This document shows, one piece after another, positions 56,729 to 64,000 of a stretch of DNA of 64,000 bases. Position numbers and translations under genes: made by a program. The notes below the pieces were generated by a model. It had not been told where the DNA came from and searched no databases. It saw only the letters and a program-made list of their open reading frames with translations. Position 1 is the first letter of the stretch; each line of letters starts with the position of its first letter. The stretch comes from an uncultured Solirubrobacteraceae bacterium. Lineage in GTDB: Bacteria; Actinomycetota; Thermoleophilia; Solirubrobacterales; Solirubrobacteraceae. The DNA lies in assembly GCA_963821425.1 (NCBI GenBank), contig CAWGDS010000002.1, positions 115,775 through 179,774 on the forward strand, written 5' to 3'.

Positions 56729-57703
56729 ATGTGGTCTGACGCCGAGGACGAGATCATCGGGGGCGACCTCACGGCCGCTCTCGCCTACCTGACTCCCGCC
56801 GCGGGCGGCGTCGTCACCCCGGTGGCCCCGATCGGGCTGCGCGACCGGGCGGCGGGAACGGTGACGTTCACCACCTCGCTCGGGTTCGGGCGCAAGCTCG
56901 AGCGGATGCGCTCCAACCCACGGGTGGCGCTCGCCTACCACGCCCGCGAGCACGGCTTTGCCGACGGCGGGGGGTACGTGCTCGTGCAGGGCGACGCCAG
57001 CGCCGAGACAGACCCCGACCGGGACCTGCTCGAAGGGCAGATCGGTCCCGCGTCCGAGCGCTTCATGGGCCCGCCCAAGAGGGGTGTCTTCTGGGACCGC
57101 TGGCTCGACGCTTACTACACCGATCGGGTGCTCGTGACGGTCACGGTCAAGCGCGTGATCTCCTGGCCCGATGCGGCCCTGACGGGCGAGCCGACCGTGA
57201 CGGGCGCCCCACCGGACTCCTCGCCGCCCCCCTCCCAGCAACCGCCGGCGAAGGGAACCGGGCCGCGCGTGGACGCCGGACGGGCCGCCAAACGGCTGCG
57301 CAAGCTGCCGCACGTGCTGCTGGGTTACGCCGGGTCGGACGGCTACCCGGTGATCGTCCCGGTGACGATCGCCGGCGACGACGCGAACGGGATCAGGCTG
57401 GACGGCCGCCTGCCCGCCGGCGGCCGCCGTGCCGGCCTGCTCGGCCACCGCTACGAGTCGAAGCTGATCGGCCTCGAGGCCCGCCAGTACACGGGCTGGC
57501 TGCAGGACGGCCTCTATGCCCCCCACACCGAGAGCGGCTTCCGCGCGCCCGCTAACAAGACCGTCCTGCTGCTCGCCAACGGCTTCCTGGCCAAACGCGG
57601 ACTGAAGAACGCGCGCGGCGCAGGCGGCGGCCCCCGCCTAGCGTCTCAGCCCGGCGGCTGCCCGCGGGCTGCGGGCCTCATTCGGCCCGCACCGGGTTGG
57701 TGA
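56729..57703 (+). CDS. Pyridoxamine 5'-phosphate oxidase-like (split-barrel) family protein, two-domain
   Basis: LRDRAAGTVTFTTSLGFGRKLERMRSNPRVALAYH is typical of the PNPOx/F420-binding split-barrel family. A second similar half follows. The 3' end overlaps the convergent FAH gene by 26 nt. Confidence 0.55.
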   Translation: MWSDAEDEIIGGDLTAALAYLTPAAGGVVTPVAPIGLRDRAAGTVTFTTSLGFGRKLERMRSNPRVALAYHAREHGFADGGGYVLVQGDASAETDPDRDLLEGQIGPASERFMGPPKRGVFWDRWLDAYYTDRVLVTVTVKRVISWPDAALTGEPTVTGAPPDSSPPPSQQPPAKGTGPRVDAGRAAKRLRKLPHVLLGYAGSDGYPVIVPVTIAGDDANGIRLDGRLPAGGRRAGLLGHRYESKLIGLEARQYTGWLQDGLYAPHTESGFRAPANKTVLLLANGFLAKRGLKNARGAGGGPRLASQPGGCPRAAGLIRPAPGW

Positions 57704-58529
57704 CCGTGCCGACCCCCTCGAGTTCGACGTCGACGGTGTCGCCGTCGCGCAGGAATCGGCCCTGGGCGCCGCCCACGCCGGCCGGTGTTCCGGTCGCGAT
57801 GATGTCTCCCGGCAGCAACGTGATCGTGCGCGACAGCCACGCGATCAGCTCGGCCGGCCCGAAGATGAGGTTGGAGGTCGTGCCCTCCTGGAACTGCTCG
57901 CCGTTGATGCGCGTGCGCAGCGTGAGGCCGCCCAGGTCGCCCAGCTCGTCGAGCGTCACCAGCGCCGGCCCGCACGGAGCGAAGGTGTCGATCGCCTTGC
58001 CGCTCGTCCATAGCGGGTTCTGCAGTTGCAGGTCGCGGGCCGTGACGTCGTTGAATGGCATCACGCCGGCGATGTGATCGAGCGCCTGCGCCTCGGGAAT
58101 GGAGTGGCCGGGGCGCCCGATCACGAGCGCGAGCTCGGCCTCGTAGTCGACGTAGTCGGGGTGGGCCTTCGGCAGCACGATCGGCGCCCCGCTGCCGATC
58201 AGGGAGTTCTGGAACTTGGCGAACCACATCGGCGCCTGCGGGATCTCCTGTCCGGACTCTTCCGCGTGGTCGCGGTAGTTGAGCCCGATGCAGATGATCT
58301 TCTGAGGGTTGGGGACCGGGGCCGCGAGGGTTGCGGCGGACAGCGGGGTGCGCGGCGCGCCGGAGCCGGCGGCCCGCTCGCCGAGCTGTTTCAGCGCGCC
58401 GGCGTCGAGCTCCGCCAGCAGCTCACGGACACTAGCGGGGGCATCCAGCTCGGCGGTGGGAACGATCTCCTCGCCCACCAGCACCCCGGCCGCCGGAGCA
58501 CCGTCGGTGATCTGGCTGACCAGCCGCAT
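57678..58529 (-). CDS. Fumarylacetoacetate hydrolase (FAH) family protein
   Basis: KIICIGLNYRDHAEE, DYEAELALVIG, FNDVTARDLQ and GDIIATGTPAGVG. Confidence 0.85.
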   Translation of the reverse strand: MRLVSQITDGAPAAGVLVGEEIVPTAELDAPASVRELLAELDAGALKQLGERAAGSGAPRTPLSAATLAAPVPNPQKIICIGLNYRDHAEESGQEIPQAPMWFAKFQNSLIGSGAPIVLPKAHPDYVDYEAELALVIGRPGHSIPEAQALDHIAGVMPFNDVTARDLQLQNPLWTSGKAIDTFAPCGPALVTLDELGDLGGLTLRTRINGEQFQEGTTSNLIFGPAELIAWLSRTITLLPGDIIATGTPAGVGGAQGRFLRDGDTVDVELEGVGTVTNPVRAE

Positions 58530-58531
58530 CG

Positions 58532-59116
58532 CTACTCCTGCCCCGGGATCTGGATCGGCTGCGCGGGACTCAGCTGACCGGCCATCGCGTGGGCATGGAT
58601 GTCCTCGAAGGAAGTGCCCGCGGCCGCCTCGGAGGCGATCTGCTCGGGCTTCACGAACACGCCGATCGGGTTGGCGTGGAACTCGGGGCTGGTGCGCATC
58701 CAGTCGCGCGAGGCCTCCCAGTCCCCGAACACGTCCACCTGCAGCTCGACGTGGTTGCCGTCGGGGTCCTTGTAGTAGTAGGACAGGGTCATCCCGTGGT
58801 CGATGCAGACGTCGGGCTCGATGCCGCGCTCGCGCAGGCGCAGGTAGCTCGCGTTGAGGTCCTCGAAGCGCTCGTACTCGAAGGCGCTGTGGTGCATTCC
58901 GGTGCGGGTGTCCTTGTCGGGGTCATCGACGAAGCCGGGGAAGGCCAGCAGCGCGATGCGGTGGTTGGCGGCGTCGTTGGTCAGCCACGCCCCGGTGGCG
59001 TCCTGGAAGGTCACCTCGGCGCCTACCACGACCGAGTACCAGTCGATCAGCTCCTGCAGCCGGGTCGTCTTGAGGTTGAAGTGATGGAACCTGGGTCTGA
59101 TGGTTTGGTCGTTCAT
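58532..59116 (-). CDS. VOC-family single-domain extradiol dioxygenase-like protein
   Basis: FHHFNLKTTRL...MHHSAFEY...GNHVELQ shows the glyoxalase/bleomycin/dioxygenase-fold metal ligand pattern. Confidence 0.7.
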   Translation of the reverse strand: MNDQTIRPRFHHFNLKTTRLQELIDWYSVVVGAEVTFQDATGAWLTNDAANHRIALLAFPGFVDDPDKDTRTGMHHSAFEYERFEDLNASYLRLRERGIEPDVCIDHGMTLSYYYKDPDGNHVELQVDVFGDWEASRDWMRTSPEFHANPIGVFVKPEQIASEAAAGTSFEDIHAHAMAGQLSPAQPIQIPGQE

Positions 59117-60732
59117 GAGGCGAGCCTCTCCTCGTGGTGGTCGGGTTCGGTCAAAGCCGCCCGCAGGCGGTGCACGAGCGTGCGTGTCTCAGCGGCCGTG
59201 GTGGCCGTCCCGAAGACATAGAAGTCGGGGCGCACGAGCGCGATCGTGCTGGCGTGCGCCGCGAACCAGTCGCGGTAGATCCGCTGACCCTCGTCGGTCT
59301 GCTCGAGCGCCACCAGGGCGCACTCCAGCTCGCCCAGGTACGCAAGCGTGTCGTCATCGAGCAGCTGCCGGGGGTCGGCGTCGAGGGCGTAGAGGGCGAA
59401 GCCGGGGGAGAGGATGTCTTCCATCAGCCGGCCGCCGGGGCCGGTTCGCCCCTGAGGGAACAGCGACCCCGCCGCCTCCTGGCCGCCGGCGCCCTGCGCG
59501 CCTTCGTGGATGCCCGGACCGAGGTTGGGGGCCGGCGGCTCGACGGGCGGCGCGGTGGGATCGGCGGCCACGCTCAGCAACACCTCGTCGCGGGCGGCGG
59601 CCTCGCTCTGGTCGCTGATGCAGATCACCTTTCCCAGCTCGACCGACATCGCGATCGCGTGCTGCAGGTGCCCGCGGCGCTCGCTGGTGTAGGCGTCGAG
59701 GGTCGACTCGGCCGCTCGCCCTTTGAGCACGAGGTCGAGATGCCACGAGAGCGTGAAGGCGTCGCGGATGCCCGAGCACATTCCCTGTCCCGCGAACGGG
59801 GGCATCAGGTGGGCGGCGTCGCCGGCGAGCAGCATGCGCCCCTCGCGCCAGCGCTCGGCCCAGCGCGCGCGGAAGGTGTAAACGGTATGGCGCTCCAGTG
59901 CCACCTCGTCGGGCCCGATCCCGGAGCGCGCCAGCAGCTCCCACACCGAGTCGGGGTGTTCGATCCGCTCGGCGGTCTCTCCCGGCAGCAGCATCCACTC
60001 CCAGCGCCGGCGCCCCGGTCCGCCCGAGACCAGCGTCGTGGGCCGCGCGGGGTCGCACTGCTGCAGGTTGACCCCGGCGAGCAGGCTCGGGTCGTGGGGG
60101 ATGGTGTCGGCGATCAGCCAGTCGAAGGCGAAGCCGAGATCCTCCACTGGCGTGCCCATCCGCTCACGCACGAGGCTGTTGGCGCCGTCGCAGCCGATCA
60201 CGTAGGCGGCCGTCACCTCCCGCTCCTCGCCGCTGGCCCGCCACCCTCGCTGCGGGTCCTCGCCCTCCCCGCGGCGCACCCGCAGGCGCACGTGCGAGCC
60301 GGCGTCCCGGGCGTCGACCAGCTCCCAGCCCTGGTGAACCTCGACCGATGTGAGGAGCTTGGCCGTGCGGTCGAGCAGTTCCTCGAGCTGGGGCTGGCAG
60401 AACATCGTCGCCCCCGGCCAGCCCGACGGGCCCGGGCGGCTGCGGTCCAGCAGCAGCAGTGTCCTGCCGTCCGCGTTCTGCCACTCGTAGGTCGTCGCCG
60501 GCTCGGTGATCGGCTCCAGCTGCTCGGAGATCCCGAGGCGCTGGAAGATCCGAGCGACCTCGTCGTCGTAGTGCACCGCCCGCGGCCGTGGGTACAGGCT
60601 CGGCCAGCGCTCGAACACGCCGACCCGGTAGCCGAGGCGCCCCATCAGGATCGCCGCGGTCTGACCGACCGGCCCGTAGCCGACGACGGCGATGTCGTAG
60701 TCGAGGGCCGGCGAGGGCGAGGAGGTGCTCAC
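59113..60732 (-). CDS. FAD-dependent aromatic-ring monooxygenase (MhpA / 3-hydroxyphenylpropionate hydroxylase-like)
   Basis: GTG start. Motifs DIAVVGYGPVGQTAAILMGRLG (GxGxxG), CDGANSLVR (DG motif) and LAGDAAHLMPPFAGQGMCSGIRDA (GD motif). Confidence 0.85.
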   Translation of the reverse strand: MSTSSPSPALDYDIAVVGYGPVGQTAAILMGRLGYRVGVFERWPSLYPRPRAVHYDDEVARIFQRLGISEQLEPITEPATTYEWQNADGRTLLLLDRSRPGPSGWPGATMFCQPQLEELLDRTAKLLTSVEVHQGWELVDARDAGSHVRLRVRRGEGEDPQRGWRASGEEREVTAAYVIGCDGANSLVRERMGTPVEDLGFAFDWLIADTIPHDPSLLAGVNLQQCDPARPTTLVSGGPGRRRWEWMLLPGETAERIEHPDSVWELLARSGIGPDEVALERHTVYTFRARWAERWREGRMLLAGDAAHLMPPFAGQGMCSGIRDAFTLSWHLDLVLKGRAAESTLDAYTSERRGHLQHAIAMSVELGKVICISDQSEAAARDEVLLSVAADPTAPPVEPPAPNLGPGIHEGAQGAGGQEAAGSLFPQGRTGPGGRLMEDILSPGFALYALDADPRQLLDDDTLAYLGELECALVALEQTDEGQRIYRDWFAAHASTIALVRPDFYVFGTATTAAETRTLVHRLRAALTEPDHHEERLAS

Positions 60733-60740
60733 GGGGCCGC

Positions 60741-60770
60741 ACCCTAGTCACTAACTGATAGCTTTGTCAA
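60741..60770 (-). promoter_or_regulatory. Candidate promoter for the monooxygenase operon, implying a near-leaderless mRNA
   Basis: The minus strand reads TTGACA (comp 60765-60770), an 18-nt spacer, TAGGGT (comp 60741-60746), then 8 nt to the GTG start at 60732. It overlaps the TetR start region. Confidence 0.3.
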
Positions 60771-60772
60771 CT

Positions 60773-61456
60773 ATGAGTACATCATCTGCTCAGGCGCCGG
60801 CAACGCCCCTGTCGCCGGCAACGCCGTTGGCGCCGGCGCCCGTCCGCGATCGTCGCGCCCGACGCCGGGACGCGACCCGCCGGAGCCTGGTCGAGGCGGC
60901 CAGGAGGCTGTTCGCCGCGCAGGGCGTGGAGAGCACTCGCATCAACCAGATCACCGAGGAGGCCGACGTCGGCTTCGGCTCCTTCTACAACCACTTCGAG
61001 TCCAAGGACGCGATCGTGCAGGCGGTGCTCGCCGAGGCGGTCGCCGCCCAGGGCGCAGAGCTCGACACGCTCACCGCCCGGCTCGAGGACCCGGCCGAGG
61101 TTGTGTCGGTCGCGCACCGCTACTTCGTGCGACTCGCCCGCGCCGACCCCGACTGGGCGTGGCTGCTGGTCCGCCTGGACGTCTCCCACAACGTGATGCT
61201 GGACGCTCTCGGCCCGTTCGCGCGCCGGGACCTGGCTCGAGGCATCGCGGCGGGGCGCTTGCAGGTGGCTGACAAACGCATCGCCCTGTTCGCCGCCGGC
61301 GGTGCGCTGCTGGCGGTGATGCGGGCGGTACTCGATGGTCAGGCCCCGAAGCAGGCCGAGCGCCACCACGCCGAAGGGGTCATGCGCCTGTTCGGTCTTC
61401 CCCCGGAGGACGCCGCCGAGGTGGCCGCCCGCCCGATGCCCGGCGGCACACGGTGA
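60773..61456 (+). CDS. TetR family transcriptional regulator
   Basis: LVEAARRLFAAQGVESTRINQITEEADVGFGSFYNHFESK is the TetR HTH. The alternative TTG start at 60764 is the one in the track. Confidence 0.85.
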   Translation: MSTSSAQAPATPLSPATPLAPAPVRDRRARRRDATRRSLVEAARRLFAAQGVESTRINQITEEADVGFGSFYNHFESKDAIVQAVLAEAVAAQGAELDTLTARLEDPAEVVSVAHRYFVRLARADPDWAWLLVRLDVSHNVMLDALGPFARRDLARGIAAGRLQVADKRIALFAAGGALLAVMRAVLDGQAPKQAERHHAEGVMRLFGLPPEDAAEVAARPMPGGTR

Positions 61457-62132
61457 TGGCGTCGCCGTAGGCGCTGAGGTCGTAACGGCCGTCGAGCCCC
61501 CACGAATCGAACTGGCACTCGACCCGCAGTCCGCGCTCCGTCGCGAGCCCGGTGAACAGCGGGCGGGACATCGGCGATCGCCATCCGGAGCGTGATGGCT
61601 GTTTGCCGCGGTTCCAGCCGTCCGAGTGGTGTATGACGGCGACGCCTGCGGGTGCAAGGACGCGCGAGATCTCACTGAGATATCCGGCTTGGAGGTCCGG
61701 TGGGAGATGGACGAAGACGTCGAACGACCACACGGCCTCGATCGAGCCGTCTTCGATGCCGGGCAGATCGCTGCCGGACGAGCGCACGTACTCGATGCGC
61801 TCGTCATCCCCGAACCGCTCCCGGCACAGCTGCAGCGGACGCTCGCTGACATCGACGAGCACCAGCCGCGAGGCGCGCTCGCTGAGCGCCTCGGTCCAGC
61901 GGCCCGCACCTGGGCCGATCTCGAGCACGGCTGCCCCCGCCCGGACCCACCTGACGAGCACCTCCTGAACGAGTCCCTCCTTCCAGTCGGCCGACGCGGT
62001 CCACTCCTCCCCCCGACCGTGCCAGTCATAGTCCGACCAGTACCGCCCGTGGTCGACGGGCGGGCGCCAGCCGCGATGGGCCGGTCCGAGGACTCCGCGG
62101 CGCTGCTCCCGGGTCAGTCGCCGATCCTCCAT
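61380..62132 (-). CDS. Class I SAM-dependent methyltransferase
   Basis: The ATG at comp(62130-62132) gives MEDRRLT.... Motif I is VLEIGPGAGRWT, followed by LVLVDVSE and IEAVWSFDVFVHL. The 796-aa track ORF is a read-through artefact. The 3' end overlaps the TetR gene by 77 nt. Confidence 0.7.
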   Translation of the reverse strand: MEDRRLTREQRRGVLGPAHRGWRPPVDHGRYWSDYDWHGRGEEWTASADWKEGLVQEVLVRWVRAGAAVLEIGPGAGRWTEALSERASRLVLVDVSERPLQLCRERFGDDERIEYVRSSGSDLPGIEDGSIEAVWSFDVFVHLPPDLQAGYLSEISRVLAPAGVAVIHHSDGWNRGKQPSRSGWRSPMSRPLFTGLATERGLRVECQFDSWGLDGRYDLSAYGDAITVCRRASGGRPPRRRPPGEDRTGA

Positions 62133-62206
62133 TGCCCAGCCGAATCGGGCGACCGCGTGTCGGGTCCTCGCGGTGAGCTTCGCCAGCACGAGTCCCGTCC
62201 GGTTCC

Positions 62207-63925
62207 CTAGGCCGGCGCCGGGGGGTGGGCCGGCCTCGAACGGTGGATCTGCTGCTGCTCCTGCGGCTCGGAGGCGGCCGCCGTGGCGACGTCGGACGCG
62301 AACGTGACGCGCGCTTTGTAGAGCAGGATGCCGCCGGCGAGCAACGCCACGAGCATGATCAGGAAGCTCACCTGTAGCCCGGTGGCGGTCCCCGTGCTGG
62401 GGACGTGAGGATGGGTTCCGATCGGGGCCTGCTGGGGAACGATCCCCTCGATCAGCTGCGACATGCCGCCGAACAGCAGCGGCGCCAGCGCCTGTGCCAG
62501 CGATCGCACCACCGTGAGGGCGCTCGACGTGCGCCCCCACAGGCCCGCCGGCACGATGTCCAGCCGCGCGGCCTGCACGGGCGGGTTGGCGGCGAAGATC
62601 AGCGCCGCGCCGCCGATCACGAACCACAACGCGGGCGTGAGGCCGGATTTGAGCAGGCCCACCGCCAGCAGTCCGGCCGCGGCGATGTAACAGAGGCCCG
62701 GAAACCAGACGCGCGCCGCCAGGTTTCCCCGCCTCAGCATCCAGTCCCCGATGCGCCCGCCCACCACGGTCCCGATCACGGCGCCGACCACCAGCAGCGC
62801 AAGCACCAACTCGGCTTCGGCCTGGCTGGCGTGATAGTGGCCCTTGACGAACAGCAGGGCGAACGTGGACAGCCCGGCGAAGTAGAAGTAGCCGAGCGAG
62901 GAGCCGAAGATCATCAGCCGGTTGGACGGGATTTCGAACAGGTAGCGCACCGACCGCCACAGGCCCATCTGGCTGGGGTCCTCGTGTAGGACCATGGCCG
63001 GATTCGGGACCGCGCCCGCGCGTTCTGCGGCTTCGCGGGCAGCCCAGGGGCCGGGCTCGGCCTCCGGGCCCATGTCCGCGCCGACCGGCTCTCCGCGTTG
63101 GGCCCGTTCCTCGGCCAACGAAAGGGCCGCACCGAGATCCGTGGTCCCCACCTCGAGGTGGCTCTGACCGCCCCGTAGCGGCTCCGGAACGGTGCGCCAC
63201 AGCTCTCGCGCCACGAAGAAGCCTGGGATCGACAGCACAACGAAGGCGGCCTGCCACTGGAACGCGCTGGCCACGAAGCCGCTGATGATGAAGCCGAAGG
63301 CCGTCCCGGCGGCCTCGCCCACGAGGATGTAGGACCAGATCACCCCACGTTCCTTGGCCGGGAAGTAGTCGCCCGTCAGCGACGAGATCGCCGGCCCTGC
63401 GGTCGCTGCCACCGCTCCCAGCGCGAGTCTCGTCAGCAGCAGGCTCGAGAAGCTGCCCGCGAAGGCGCTGAAGAGCGTGGCCAGGCTCCAGAGGACGATC
63501 GAGATCGCCAGCAGCGGCATGCGCTTGGTGCGGTCGACCAAGAGCCCCACCGGGATCGTGAAGACCGCCCCCACCAGCAGCGAGACCCCGCTCAGCAGGC
63601 CGATGTCGGTGTTGTTGATGTGCAGCCCCGACTCGAGCTGGGGCGCGATCGCTCCGACCGTCGACGCATCGGCCCCGTTGAGCGCCAGCACGAGCGCGAA
63701 CAGGACGATCACGCGCGCCCGTGCCGGTCCTCCGACGCGCTTGACGACCTCGCCCTGGGCGAGGCTCCACAGCCAGCGTGCCAAGCGTGCGAACAGGCCG
63801 GGCCTCGGCTGGCTCACGCCTGAGGAGGATCGCTCGGCCAGCGCGACGGCCCGACCACTGGCACCGAGGCCGGCGGGCACGAGCGGGTGGCCTGGAGGAG
63901 GCGCCATGCCGGCGCAGGCTTTCAC
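62207..63925 (-). CDS. MFS transporter with a long central hydrophilic loop
   Basis: 12-TM pattern. The MFS loop motif is GLLVDRTKRMPLL. The start codon is uncertain and is probably downstream of 63925. Confidence 0.8.
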   Translation of the reverse strand: MKACAGMAPPPGHPLVPAGLGASGRAVALAERSSSGVSQPRPGLFARLARWLWSLAQGEVVKRVGGPARARVIVLFALVLALNGADASTVGAIAPQLESGLHINNTDIGLLSGVSLLVGAVFTIPVGLLVDRTKRMPLLAISIVLWSLATLFSAFAGSFSSLLLTRLALGAVAATAGPAISSLTGDYFPAKERGVIWSYILVGEAAGTAFGFIISGFVASAFQWQAAFVVLSIPGFFVARELWRTVPEPLRGGQSHLEVGTTDLGAALSLAEERAQRGEPVGADMGPEAEPGPWAAREAAERAGAVPNPAMVLHEDPSQMGLWRSVRYLFEIPSNRLMIFGSSLGYFYFAGLSTFALLFVKGHYHASQAEAELVLALLVVGAVIGTVVGGRIGDWMLRRGNLAARVWFPGLCYIAAAGLLAVGLLKSGLTPALWFVIGGAALIFAANPPVQAARLDIVPAGLWGRTSSALTVVRSLAQALAPLLFGGMSQLIEGIVPQQAPIGTHPHVPSTGTATGLQVSFLIMLVALLAGGILLYKARVTFASDVATAAASEPQEQQQIHRSRPAHPPAPA

Positions 63926-64000
63926 AGCGGACGCCGGGTGGTGCCGACCGGGAGCGATCCGCCAGTCGCGGGGGCCGGCAGGCGGACCGCCAGCCGGCCC

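Noticed and set aside
61380-63770. 796-aa minus-strand ORF
   Set aside because: Only the last 250 codons (methyltransferase) are credible. The remainder is an alternative frame of the MFS transporter gene.

Overview
Visibly high-GC, actinobacterium-like chromosomal segment; no organism can be assigned from sequence alone. The long antisense ORFs in the track look like GC artefacts. Most of the window is conserved housekeeping. This includes lgt, a ferric-type ABC importer, ccmE-ccmF, secG and tig-clpP-clpX. It also includes folC-ndk-maf-mreBCD-mrdA-rodA and rne-rplU-rpmA-obg-proBA-nadD-rsfS. The one clear accessory region is a ~5.8 kb integrative island (940-6734) in tRNA-Gly(CCC). It is bounded by a perfect 42-bp direct repeat and carries a tyrosine integrase, a VapBC45-like toxin-antitoxin pair, two orphan lipoproteins and a 0.5 kb non-coding stretch with a 22-bp perfect hairpin and polypurine tracts. 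The right end holds a small aromatic-catabolism cluster, a methyltransferase and an MFS transporter. The most unusual signal is not a gene. Glutamate codon choice follows protein location: cytoplasmic and membrane-embedded products use GAG almost exclusively, while several exported proteins or domains use mostly GAA, and the codon switches within single genes at the membrane anchor. Other observations are a CxxxY-variant CcmE, a possible c-di-AMP (ydaO-type) riboswitch ahead of a large murein hydrolase with a degenerate LytM domain, and a presenilin-like membrane protein. There are also two single-base frameshifts (rmuC, an SDR) and an L21 with a long Ala/Lys/Pro tail. No rRNA, CRISPR array or transposase was seen. 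All calls come from reading the sequence and motifs by eye; no searches were run.
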